64,000 nucleotides of DNA from positions 198,945 through 262,944 of the forward strand of contig JBAZKQ010000001.1 of NCBI GenBank assembly GCA_041650715.1, given 5' to 3'. This document shows positions 1 to 10,174 of the stretch, one piece after another (the first letter of the stretch is position 1; the number at the start of each line of letters is the position of its first letter). The DNA is from Patescibacteria group bacterium. Its GTDB lineage: Bacteria > Patescibacteriota > Patescibacteriia > Patescibacteriales > UBA12465. A program made the position numbers and the translations under genes. The notes beneath the pieces are model-generated. The model was given only the letters and a program-made list of their open reading frames with translations, made no database searches and had not been told where the DNA came from.

Positions 1-1
1 C

Positions 2-103
2 CCGGCCGGTAATTTAGGAGATTTAGCGCCGACAATCTTAGCGATTATGAATATTCCAAAACCGGAAGAAATGACCGGCCATTCACTTATTGACATAAAC
101 TAA
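2..103 (+). CDS. gpmI: 2,3-bisphosphoglycerate-independent phosphoglycerate mutase, C-terminal fragment (gene starts upstream of window)
   Basis: Frame 2 reads PAGNLGDLAPTILAIMNIPKPEEMTGHSLIDIN then TAA at 101-103. This matches the conserved iPGM C-terminus (LADLAPT.L...P.EMTG.SLI). Confidence 0.65.
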   Translation, partial: PAGNLGDLAPTILAIMNIPKPEEMTGHSLIDIN

Positions 104-187
104 AAAATATAGTAAAGTAGAAAGTTAAAAAATTTATTGTACTTATAAAAACGAAAACAAAATTAACTAAAAAAGGAGGAAAGAAAA

Positions 188-556
188 ATGGAAAAAAAAA
201 TCACCGATGCTGAAAAAATAGCCAAAATGCTGGCTGAATACGTCTCACTAAAAATTGAAGCGACCGAGCGCGGCACGGATGCCGGATTTATTGCCATCGT
301 CAAGGCGATGAAAAAGATTGAATTTAATAACTTTGATCTGAACAATTTGAACATTGATTTAGCTGCGCTTGAAGCGCTTGCTAAAAAACACCAATGTTAC
401 AACTTGCTTTTCTCTCCGGATATTCCAATTGTCACAGCCAGTTTTGCCTCAAAAAAAACACCTGGTCAACTATTGGACATCATCAACGGATTTCCGGGAG
501 AACCCGAACAAGCAAAAGATTCAAAGACATTAATGGACTCAGAAGCTTATCCGTAG
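188..556 (+). CDS. hypothetical protein (122 aa)
   Basis: ORF with AAAGGAGG Shine-Dalgarno just upstream and a hairpin terminator downstream. No family recognised. Confidence 0.6.
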   Translation: MEKKITDAEKIAKMLAEYVSLKIEATERGTDAGFIAIVKAMKKIEFNNFDLNNLNIDLAALEALAKKHQCYNLLFSPDIPIVTASFASKKTPGQLLDIINGFPGEPEQAKDSKTLMDSEAYP

Positions 557-581
557 AAATACGAAAAAGCTAAACAAAAAG

Positions 582-610
582 CCCTCAGCTAAACACTGGG
601 GGATTTTTTT
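582..610. terminator. bidirectional rho-independent terminator
   Basis: CCCTCAG-N7-CTGGGGG hairpin with an A-run before and T8 after, lying between convergent genes. Confidence 0.6.
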
Positions 611-642
611 ATGGATGGCGTAAATTTTATTTCGGCGTTTTC

Positions 643-1074
643 TTAAAATATTAACCAGGCTAATAAGCTTGTGATGAAGCCAACCAGGGCGCCGATAAGC
701 ACCTGGAGCGGGGTATGGCCGATATGCTCGAGTTGCTTCGGGTAGGAGCGATCAAGAAATTCGTCTTCCTTTAAATCTTTGACCAGAACGTTAAGGGTTT
801 TTCCGTGAAGTCCAAGGTAATTGCGCAAACCAATCGCGTCGGTAATGACGATGGTTGCAAAAACAAAGGCAATGGCGAAAAGCGGTGAGCTCACGCCGAG
901 CTTCAAGCCTAAGATTGTGACCAGCGATATTACGACCGAAGTATGCCCGCTTGGCATGTCGGAGTAGGCGAAAAAATCATGGAAAGTTAGTTTATGGTGG
1001 AGAGAGCGCAAGAAGACCTTCGCGCCCTGAGCGAGAATAAAAGCGACGATCGGTGTGAGAATATAAATATACAT
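643..1074 (-). CDS. divergent PAP2 / DUF212 (YuiD-like) membrane protein
   Basis: Start moved to the internal ATG (MYIYILTP), 1 nt from the gyrB stop. Multi-TM protein with motifs SDMPSGHTS and GHTPLQV typical of YuiD-type acid-phosphatase-related proteins. Confidence 0.7.
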   Translation of the reverse strand: MYIYILTPIVAFILAQGAKVFLRSLHHKLTFHDFFAYSDMPSGHTSVVISLVTILGLKLGVSSPLFAIAFVFATIVITDAIGLRNYLGLHGKTLNVLVKDLKEDEFLDRSYPKQLEHIGHTPLQVLIGALVGFITSLLAWLIF

Positions 1075-1075
1075 A

Positions 1076-3169
<2,094 letters not shown>

Positions 3170-3255
3170 TTAATTATCTTAGTATATTTTAGCAAAAAAC
3201 CGGGAGAAAGGCAAATCTAAATAATATGTCCAAAATGTATTTGCGCCCATAAACA

Positions 3256-3284
3256 TTGACTAATATTTACCTTTATGTTTTAAT
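3256..3284 (+). promoter_or_regulatory. sigma70-type promoter candidate
   Basis: TTGACT, 17-nt spacer, TGtTTTAAT (extended -10), upstream of the 3342 gene. Confidence 0.4.
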
Positions 3285-3341
3285 GATTTGAAGCTTATTT
3301 TTATAGCTTTAAATAGTTCTTTAACCAAAAAAGAGTATATT

Positions 3342-3854
3342 ATGGAAACAGAAACTCTAAATCAAACTGAAAGCTGTTTGCGCTTTCTCCCGGAAGCAAG
3401 CGGCTTGCCGATTAAAGCTTTGGATGGCAAACGCATCTTATCTGATGCGACGGACGTATTTAAAAAATTTATCTCCGGTAGCTTACTGATTCGTGGCTTG
3501 AATAATCCAGGCAAATCAACGCCGGCGACATTAATTGCTGGACGTGAAATTAGCGGTGACGCCACTTTTATAAAGATGTTTGACGATTTCAAGCGTCCGC
3601 TCAAGGAGCTGTTGCTTACCCAAGATCAAATATGTGAGTTTAATAAAATTTATCCCGGTTTTTTGTCAAAGACGGACGCAAATTTCTTCTTATTCCGTCG
3701 CGACAAGGACAAGCCAGCAATAGGGGACAATTTATTTGTCGCCTGCGTAACAGTAACTGCAGGCGGACTTATTATCCAGGAAGAGGCGTATACAGATAGT
3801 TTTATTTGGTGCGGGGATAGAAAATTGCGCGTCTTTGTTCCTATGGCCGCTTAA
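3342..3854 (+). CDS. hypothetical protein (170 aa)
   Basis: ORF from ATG (METETLNQ). The tracked upstream extension begins at a TTG adjacent to the promoter. No family recognised. Confidence 0.55.
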   Translation: METETLNQTESCLRFLPEASGLPIKALDGKRILSDATDVFKKFISGSLLIRGLNNPGKSTPATLIAGREISGDATFIKMFDDFKRPLKELLLTQDQICEFNKIYPGFLSKTDANFFLFRRDKDKPAIGDNLFVACVTVTAGGLIIQEEAYTDSFIWCGDRKLRVFVPMAA

Positions 3855-3869
3855 TCATTTTTGCGCCTA

Positions 3870-3898
3870 CCCCCGCTTTAATCAGTGGGGTTTTTTTT
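3870..3898 (+). terminator. rho-independent terminator
   Basis: CCCCGC-loop-GTGGGG hairpin followed by T8. Confidence 0.6.
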
Positions 3899-3929
3899 AT
3901 CTAAAAAGCGTGTTATTATATTCATATAT

Positions 3930-4853
3930 ATGGCCAGAATTTTAGTGACGGGCGGCGCCGGTTTTATCGGCTCAACCCTGGTCGACAAATTAATAAGCGA
4001 AGGGCATGAAGTTGTCGTTATCGACGACTTGTCTTCGGGTCGTAAAGATTATCTGAATGCGGCGGCGAAGTTTTATGAAGCGGATATTTGCTCTCCAAAA
4101 ATAGAAAAAATTTTTAAGAAAGAGAAATTTGATTTTGTTTATCACTTGGCTGCGCAGATTGATGTGCGCAAATCGGTCGCCGATCCGGCTTATGATAATA
4201 AGATAAATGTGCTCGGAGGACTTAATATTATTACGAACGCCCAGGCGCACGGGGTTAAGAAAATTATTTTTGCTTCAACCGGCGGCGCAATTTACGGCGA
4301 AGCGGAAGAAATACCGACCACGGAAAATAGTCCGACTTATCCGGTGTCTCCGTACGGCATCCATAAATTAACCGTGGAAAAGTATTTAAATTATTATTAT
4401 CAGGTATACGGCCTTAATTATACGGTTCTGCGCTTTGCTAACGTTTACGGGCCGCGCCAATTTAAAGGCGGTGAAGCCGGTGTCGTCGCTATATTTATTG
4501 ATAACGCGGTGAAGGGCTTAGAAAGTCTCCAATTCGGCGACGGCCTGCAGACTCGAGACTTCGTTTACGTGGACGATGTCGTGCGCGCGCTATACCTCGC
4601 TCTTAATATTGGCTGCTGCGGAGAAATAAATATTGCTTCGGGCGTAGAGACAAATTTATTAAATATCGGCAGCTATATCGAAAAAACCTTGGGTGGGCCG
4701 ATGAAAATTAAAGAGATGCCTGGCAAGGCGGGCGAGCAGAGACGTAGTTGTTTAAGTTATCAGCTCGCTAAAGACGTGCTTGACTGGGAACCGAAAATAA
4801 ATATGGAAGAGGGAATTAAAAGAACGATTGCTTGGGCGCAGTCCCAAAAATAA
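3930..4853 (+). CDS. NAD-dependent epimerase/dehydratase (UDP-glucose 4-epimerase-like extended SDR)
   Basis: Start at MARILVTGGAGFIGS (GxxGxxG). SPYGIHK carries the YxxxK catalytic motif. The tracked N-terminal extension overlaps the upstream terminator. Confidence 0.85.
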   Translation: MARILVTGGAGFIGSTLVDKLISEGHEVVVIDDLSSGRKDYLNAAAKFYEADICSPKIEKIFKKEKFDFVYHLAAQIDVRKSVADPAYDNKINVLGGLNIITNAQAHGVKKIIFASTGGAIYGEAEEIPTTENSPTYPVSPYGIHKLTVEKYLNYYYQVYGLNYTVLRFANVYGPRQFKGGEAGVVAIFIDNAVKGLESLQFGDGLQTRDFVYVDDVVRALYLALNIGCCGEINIASGVETNLLNIGSYIEKTLGGPMKIKEMPGKAGEQRRSCLSYQLAKDVLDWEPKINMEEGIKRTIAWAQSQK

Positions 4854-4866
4854 TTTAAATATTTGT

Positions 4867-5604
4867 ATGAAAAAAATAATTATCGCGAATTGGAAAATGC
4901 AACTGACAATCAAAGAAAGTTTGGAACTATCTAAACAATTTTCTAAAAAAATAAAAACCGTAAAAAACGACGTCGTGATTTGTCCCGATTATTCCGCTTT
5001 AGCGTTCGTCGGGCCGATTTTAAAAGGGACGAAACTTAATCTGGGTGCGCAAGATTGCGCTGCCTCCGCGAAAGGGGCCTATACCGGCGAAGTTTCAGCT
5101 CATAATTTAAAAACCCTGGGTGTCCGATATGTGATTTTGGGCCATAGCGAAAGACGTGAACACCTGCATGAAAATTCAGTGATTATTAATAATAAGATTA
5201 AGGCGGCCCTCGCTGAACAGATTATTCCGATTTTATGTATCGGCGAAAAATTGACCGAAAGAGAGGCGGGCGAAACTAAGGAGTATCTGCTTTCCGAGTT
5301 GCGCCACGCGCTAAAAGGCGTTAAGATAAAAAACGCGAGCGATTTATTGATTGCTTACGAACCGGTATGGGCGATCAGTACCAATAAAAATGCCAAAGCG
5401 ATTTTGCCGGTTGAAGCAGCGGAAATTCAAGACTATATTAAAAAACAAGCAAAAATAATTCTTAAGAAAGAGCTTCGCGTGCTCTACGGCGGTAGCGTGG
5501 GGAGTAAGAATGCGGCCGGATTTCTGGCTCAAGCCGCGATTGACGGTTTACTGGTCGGCGGTGCCAGTTTGAAAATTAACGAATTCCCGCAGATAGTAAA
5601 TTAA
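4867..5604 (+). CDS. tpiA: triosephosphate isomerase
   Basis: Motifs ANWKMQ, ILGHSERR, AYEPVWA and YGGSV. Start at MKKIIIANWK. Confidence 0.9.
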   Translation: MKKIIIANWKMQLTIKESLELSKQFSKKIKTVKNDVVICPDYSALAFVGPILKGTKLNLGAQDCAASAKGAYTGEVSAHNLKTLGVRYVILGHSERREHLHENSVIINNKIKAALAEQIIPILCIGEKLTEREAGETKEYLLSELRHALKGVKIKNASDLLIAYEPVWAISTNKNAKAILPVEAAEIQDYIKKQAKIILKKELRVLYGGSVGSKNAAGFLAQAAIDGLLVGGASLKINEFPQIVN

Positions 5605-5630
5605 GAGCGGGAAATTTAATTGCTAATCAT

Positions 5631-6437
5631 ATGCCTACAATTATTTCAATTATTTTGATCGGAATTTGTCTCGTTGTTATCTTGGCGATAATTTTAAAGA
5701 AATTTCCGGCACTCGCTATTCTTGATGTTAATAATATGCCGGGCGAGAAGGAGGCAAAATTTAAAGATCAGATAATCAAACAGAAGGTAGAGCGTGATTT
5801 GGCGCGTGTCGGCGGCAAGGTGGCTCGAGTTTGGCTTTTTGCGAGCCGTTGGGCCTCGGGGTTTTTACATAGTTGGCAGACAAAATTAAAAAAGGTGAAG
5901 CTTAGTTATAAAAGTGCAGCCAAAATTCCTTTGCTCGAAAAGCAAAAAATGATTAAAGATTTGATGGTGGCTCATGCCGATAATCTCAAGAAAGAAAATT
6001 ACGCTGAAGCGGAAGAAAACTTGGTGGAGATTATTAGTCTTGATCAGAAAAATCTTGGCGCTTTCGTTAAGCTCGGGGAGCTCTATGATGAGCAGAAAAA
6101 ATGGTCAGAAGCGCGCCAAACTTATGAATATGCCTTGAAACTGGCGCGCCAACATAAAGACGACGAATTAATTATGGCGGAAATTACTTTGCAGGAAATT
6201 TATTTCGCACTGGCCTGGGTAGAAAGAGAGGCGGAAGATCTTGATGCCGCCCTGGAAAACATTCGTGAAGCGCTTGAGCTTGAAGCGAATAGCCCGCGTT
6301 ACCTTGATTTAATTTTGGATTTAAGTATAATGAAAAAAGATAAAGACTTGGCGCTCGCGTCTTTAGAGAAATTAACGGCCGTTAATCCGGAAAATAATAA
6401 GTTAGGCGAGTGGCAAGAAAAGATTGATAGTTTATAA
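5631..6437 (+). CDS. membrane-anchored TPR-like repeat protein
   Basis: N-terminal TM helix (IISIILIGICLVVILAIIL) followed by helical repeats resembling TPR units. Confidence 0.6.
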   Translation: MPTIISIILIGICLVVILAIILKKFPALAILDVNNMPGEKEAKFKDQIIKQKVERDLARVGGKVARVWLFASRWASGFLHSWQTKLKKVKLSYKSAAKIPLLEKQKMIKDLMVAHADNLKKENYAEAEENLVEIISLDQKNLGAFVKLGELYDEQKKWSEARQTYEYALKLARQHKDDELIMAEITLQEIYFALAWVEREAEDLDAALENIREALELEANSPRYLDLILDLSIMKKDKDLALASLEKLTAVNPENNKLGEWQEKIDSL

Positions 6438-6443
6438 GAGACT

Positions 6444-6516
6444 GCCGTCTTAGCTCAGCTGGTAGAGCATCTCCATGGTAAGGAGAAGGTCTCGGGTCCG
6501 AATCCCGAAGACGGCT
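6444..6516 (+). tRNA. tRNA-Thr (anticodon GGU)
   Basis: Cloverleaf: acceptor GCCGTCT/AGACGGC, D arm GCTC-AGCTGGTA-GAGC, anticodon arm TCTCC-ATGGTAA-GGAGA, T arm TCGGG-TCCGAAT-CCCGA. No encoded CCA. Confidence 0.9.
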
Positions 6517-6529
6517 CAGTAAAAAAAAG

Positions 6530-6556
6530 AGACTGCCTTAAGTGGGCAGTCTTTTG
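6530..6556. terminator. bidirectional rho-independent terminator
   Basis: AGACTGCC-N7-GGCAGTCT hairpin flanked by A8 and T4, between the tRNA-Thr unit and the convergent 6579 gene. Confidence 0.7.
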
Positions 6557-6578
6557 GTTTTAGAGCTAATCGTTTTTA

Positions 6579-7031
6579 TTAACGATTTAAGCTTTTAAAG
6601 TACTCATCTATCTTTTTGTCATTCAAATCGGGGACAAAGGTTCCGATTTGATTGAATTTTTCTAAAAGATGGAACGGCGTCTGAGCAAAAAATATTTTTA
6701 TATTTTTATTTTTTTTCTTAACGCTTTTTAGGATTGCGAGCAGGGAATGCTCGGCGCCATGCCAATGCATATGATCATTTTCTATGTCCATGTTACGGGC
6801 ATAGGCACAAATAATGACGTCGGCTTTCTCCAGGCTTTCGATTAGAGTATTTTTTCCAGGGCGGATGAATCCTCCGCGGAATTCCCATTCGAAAATAATT
6901 TCGGACGGAATAAGTTTGGCCAGACGAGTGGCCACAGGCCCATCCTTCCCGTACCAGACAGGGACGCTGAGTTCGTCTGAGAAGTCGTTGTGCCAAAAAA
7001 CGACTCGGATTTCTTGTTTATTTATGTACAT
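6579..7031 (-). CDS. hypothetical protein (150 aa)
   Basis: Clean ORF with an ATG start. No family recognised. Likely soluble alpha/beta protein. Confidence 0.55.
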   Translation of the reverse strand: MYINKQEIRVVFWHNDFSDELSVPVWYGKDGPVATRLAKLIPSEIIFEWEFRGGFIRPGKNTLIESLEKADVIICAYARNMDIENDHMHWHGAEHSLLAILKSVKKKNKNIKIFFAQTPFHLLEKFNQIGTFVPDLNDKKIDEYFKSLNR

Positions 7032-7172
7032 CTTACTTGGTTTTGGTGGCTATAAGTGTATCTTATTTCACACAAAATGTCAAAGGTTTATTGGCATTTT
7101 ATGTATTATTTGTTTAATATTAGCAAATTGTAATTTTGAATTTTAAAAGAAAGCGGGACACTTTCATTTCTA

Positions 7173-7201
7173 TTGACAGATATTATAAAAAGTGATATAA
7201 T
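7173..7201 (+). promoter_or_regulatory. consensus sigma70 promoter of the SPFH operon
   Basis: TTGACA, 17-nt spacer, TGaTATAAT (perfect -35 and -10 with extended TG). Confidence 0.6.
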
Positions 7202-7282
7202 AATTGATTAATGAGACCTGGCTGTAGTGGCAAAAAAGGCTCTTTAAAAACTGAATATTAACGAAAAAAACAGATATATATC

Positions 7283-8425
7283 ATGGAAGAGAAAATGAAG
7301 AAAATGAATAAAAATTTGTGGTTCCTGGTGTTTCTAACACCGGTAGTAGCCCTCATTTTAGCCTTAATCATTAGTTTATGGTTAGCTGAACTAGTTATTT
7401 TAATAATAACAGCAGTAGTAATTGCCATATATATTGCCACTGCAATTGGAACGTCATTAAAACAAGTCCCTAATAAATTTGTTTGGGTAACCGAAATATT
7501 TGGTGAGTATGCCAAAGAATTAAAAGCTGGACTAAATTTTATTGTGCCATTTGGTTTGGAAAAAATAAGTAGCCAAGTGTTTTTGGGCCAGCAGATTATG
7601 GCTCTGTATTTAGACGAACAGGTGAAGGACGGTTTTGGCGAAGGAGACGTAGAATTCAAAGATTGCTCCGGAGTCGGTGTATCCGCCTATCTTTACTTTC
7701 AACTCGATGATCCGAAAAAGGCAACTTATGAAATCAATGCCTTATTCGAGGCTATCGAGGAAAAGGCCGACGGAATATTACGGGTGAATTTCATGATGTA
7801 TACGCTTGATGAGGCGATGAACCTGAAAGGAAAATTTAATTTGTATAACATCGCTTGTTATACCGATCTGAAAAAGAACACAGTTTCGGTTTTGCCAAAT
7901 AACACAGTTCCGGCTTTGCCAAATAACACAGTTCCGGCTTTGCCAAATAACACAACTGCGGATGCTACTAAGGAGGATTTCGAGAATTCAGATTTTTACT
8001 TAAGTCTAAAAGAGTTTGGCGTTACTCCGAAAAGTTTTGTGATTGCCGACTTTCGCCTGCCCCAAGGTATTATTGATCAGCGGGCGAAAAAGTTAGAAAT
8101 TGAAAAGGACTTAGAAGTCGCTAAAGTTACTCTTATTAAGTCTAGAACCGAAAAAAAGACAGCTATTGTTCAGGCAGAGGGGAGGAGTCAAGCAAAAATT
8201 CTTGAAGGAAAGGGGGAGGCAGGGAGAATCGGTGCGATATTATTGTCACTAAAGCTTGAGCCGGAGCAATCAGCTCGGTATTTAACTGAAATGCGAAAAT
8301 GGGATGCCATTTCGGAGTCAAAGTCCGCTGACAAAGTAATTCTAATTGAAGAAAATGGACAGGCCTCGAGTGGTGCCAAATTTGGCACCGGATTCAGTGC
8401 AGCAAGTAAACCACAAAAAACCTAA
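7283..8425 (+). CDS. SPFH / band 7 (stomatin-prohibitin-flotillin) domain membrane protein
   Basis: N-terminal TM segments. SPFH core (VWVTEIFGEYAKELKAGLNFIVPFGLEKI), then a coiled-coil tail (EIEKDLEVAKVTLIKSRTEKKTAIVQAEGRSQAKILEGKGEA). Contains an internal tandem repeat. Confidence 0.85.
   Translation: MEEKMKKMNKNLWFLVFLTPVVALILALIISLWLAELVILIITAVVIAIYIATAIGTSLKQVPNKFVWVTEIFGEYAKELKAGLNFIVPFGLEKISSQVFLGQQIMALYLDEQVKDGFGEGDVEFKDCSGVGVSAYLYFQLDDPKKATYEINALFEAIEEKADGILRVNFMMYTLDEAMNLKGKFNLYNIACYTDLKKNTVSVLPNNTVPALPNNTVPALPNNTTADATKEDFENSDFYLSLKEFGVTPKSFVIADFRLPQGIIDQRAKKLEIEKDLEVAKVTLIKSRTEKKTAIVQAEGRSQAKILEGKGEAGRIGAILLSLKLEPEQSARYLTEMRKWDAISESKSADKVILIEENGQASSGAKFGTGFSAASKPQKT
7877..7954 (+). 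repeat. 24-bp in-frame tandem repeat, about 3.2 copies (encodes LPNNTVPA units)
   Basis: AACACAGTT(T/C)CGG(T/C)TTTGCCAAAT at 7877-7900, 7901-7924 and 7925-7948, plus partial AACACA. Copies 2 and 3 are identical. Confidence 0.9.
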
Positions 8426-8428
8426 AAG

Positions 8429-9145
8429 ATGAAAATTTTAAATTTAGCCGCTCACCCAAAAGGAAATGCGATAAACAATCCGCAATCCCAAACCACGACG
8501 CAAACCCCTACCCAGACGAATGGTTCGTCTCCATCTTCCTTGAAACCAATGACAAAAGAGGATTGGATCAGGCTGGGGACAGCAATTCTGGTGGCCACGG
8601 TCGCCTTCTGGTTCTTCTACCTATTGTTGTACTTCGTCGTCGCGCCAAGCTGGGCTTTCTGGCTGATTGTTTCGATAGCCTTCGCTTCTTGCTTGTTAGT
8701 TCTTTCCGCCGTTGACGCCGCCGTTATTACCAAGTCAGGCCTTGGAACAGCAATTGTCTTATTTATGTTTTTGCAAGCAGGGCTCCTTACGGTGTGGCAT
8801 TACTCCCATGTAATAAAGGACAACAAAGCGCGGACTGAAAAAACGGAGCAAAATGATAAGATAAGACACGTGAACTCAACGGAATCGGGCGCACTGATCC
8901 TGTTAAATTCTTCAAAAGTCTTTAATCTTAAAGACGGAGAAGAAACTCTATTTATCGGCGCTCCTGAGGGAACAAGAGCCAGCTTTACGTGGTCATCGCC
9001 GACTTATAATTTCGAAGTTTTTGGCAGCGATGGTAGTCATTGTTTCGGTATGGATAAAATACCGGAAAAAGCCCATGTCTACTATAAGATTAAGGCTAAC
9101 AGCGATCAATTAGTTACCGTGACCGTTGAAGAAATCACCCCCTAA
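8429..9145 (+). CDS. membrane protein with C-terminal soluble beta-rich domain (hypothetical)
   Basis: Starts 3 nt after the SPFH stop. Q/T/S-rich N-terminus, about 4 TM helices, then a roughly 90-aa C-terminal domain. Confidence 0.6.
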   Translation: MKILNLAAHPKGNAINNPQSQTTTQTPTQTNGSSPSSLKPMTKEDWIRLGTAILVATVAFWFFYLLLYFVVAPSWAFWLIVSIAFASCLLVLSAVDAAVITKSGLGTAIVLFMFLQAGLLTVWHYSHVIKDNKARTEKTEQNDKIRHVNSTESGALILLNSSKVFNLKDGEETLFIGAPEGTRASFTWSSPTYNFEVFGSDGSHCFGMDKIPEKAHVYYKIKANSDQLVTVTVEEITP

Positions 9146-9166
9146 AAAATTTAGGGGCAGGTAATT

Positions 9167-9200
9167 AGAGGACAATCAGTTTGTCCTCTTTTTTATTTTT
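9167..9200 (+). terminator. rho-independent terminator
   Basis: AGAGGACAA-N5-TTGTCCTCT hairpin followed by a T-run. Confidence 0.65.
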
Positions 9201-9238
9201 GTGAATACTGGTATAATATAGGTAATCATTAAAAAATT

Positions 9239-9805
9239 ATGAAAAGCATTTACAAATTATTATTCGTTTTAGTTTTCAGTTTTTTATTTATTTTACCGAA
9301 CACATCTTCGGCAAGTAGCTGCGTGGACGCCGGCTTTTGTGTTGGCAAGGGGCCGAGCGCCTGCTCGCCGACAGTAGGTTGCAGTTTTCAGGACCCCCAG
9401 TGTGTCGTGGCTGTGCCTTGTGCTGGTAGAACTCAGGCCAACTGTAGTTTGCCACTTTGTAAATGGGATTCATCAACTATTATAGATAATTCGAGCGATC
9501 CGAACACGGTAATAAACAATCTTGGGGCCAATCTCTCTTTAGACAACCCTCTTTGCCCCGCGAATACCCCTAATTGTATGACCCCCCAGCTTTTAATTGG
9601 TAAGGTGATTAATTCTATTCTGGGAGTAGTCGGCTCAATCGCTTTAATTATGTTTATCTTCGGCGGTCTGACTTGGATGACTTCCGGCGGTAGTGCTGAT
9701 AAGATTAAAAAGGGCCGAGATATCATTGTTTGGTCGGCCATTGGGCTGGTAATTATCTTTGCTTCCTACGGGTTAGTCCGTGTCTTAATCCAAAATATTA
9801 AATAA
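9239..9805 (+). CDS. secreted Cys-rich protein with C-terminal TrbC/VirB2-type (T4SS-pilin-like) two-helix membrane domain
   Basis: Signal peptide. 10 Cys within residues 28-74. C-terminus IGKVINSILGVVGSIALIMFIFGGLTWMTSGGSADKIKKGRDIIVWSAIGLVIIFASYGLV matches my recollection of the CPR T4SS-pilin family pattern. Confidence 0.6.
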   Translation: MKSIYKLLFVLVFSFLFILPNTSSASSCVDAGFCVGKGPSACSPTVGCSFQDPQCVVAVPCAGRTQANCSLPLCKWDSSTIIDNSSDPNTVINNLGANLSLDNPLCPANTPNCMTPQLLIGKVINSILGVVGSIALIMFIFGGLTWMTSGGSADKIKKGRDIIVWSAIGLVIIFASYGLVRVLIQNIK

Positions 9806-9816
9806 AATATTGCTAA

Positions 9817-9866
9817 ATACCGGCGTTTTCTTGATTTTGTTTGACAAGCGCCGGTATTTTTTTTAT
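9817..9866 (+). terminator. rho-independent terminator
   Basis: ATACCGGCG ... CGCCGGTAT stem followed by T9. Confidence 0.6.
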
Positions 9867-9890
9867 TATTAGACCAGGATAAATATATAA

Positions 9891-9973
9891 GGGTCGATAC
9901 CAAAGCGGTCAACTGGGGCAGACTGTAAATCTGCTGGCTTACGCCTTCGTTGGTTCGAATCCAACTCGGCCCA
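9891..9973 (+). tRNA. tRNA-Tyr (anticodon GUA), long variable arm
   Basis: Acceptor GGGTCGA/TCGGCCC, anticodon loop CTGTAAA, T arm GTTGG-TTCGAAT-CCAAC, long variable arm. No encoded CCA. Confidence 0.9.
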
Positions 9974-9984
9974 CATTAAAAAAA

Positions 9985-10012
9985 GACTTCAATTTTTGAG
10001 GTCTATTTTTTT
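9985..10012 (+). terminator. rho-independent terminator after tRNA-Tyr
   Basis: GACTTCAA-TTT-TTGAGGTC hairpin followed by a T-run. Confidence 0.5.
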
Positions 10013-10024
10013 ATCTTTGCATGC

Positions 10025-10053
10025 TTGACGTTAATAAATAATTGTGTTATATT
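10025..10053 (+). promoter_or_regulatory. sigma70-type promoter with extended -10
   Basis: TTGACG, 17-nt spacer, TGtTATATT. Confidence 0.55.
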
Positions 10054-10090
10054 AAATTGTTAGTTATTGCTCTTTTAAAAATAAGGCTAC

Positions 10091-10147
10091 ATTGAGTTAA
10101 TTGCTAAATTTATCTGATTTCTTGGTAAATTTGGGAATTAATTCAAT
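10091..10147 (+). promoter_or_regulatory. inverted repeat in the 5' leader of the 10175 gene (operator or RNA hairpin)
   Basis: ATTGAGTTAATT (10091-10102) and AATTAATTCAAT (10136-10147) are complementary at 11 of 12 positions. They flank two TAAATTT direct repeats. Confidence 0.35.
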
Positions 10148-10174
10148 CATTGTTTAACCTTTAAATCTTTAATT

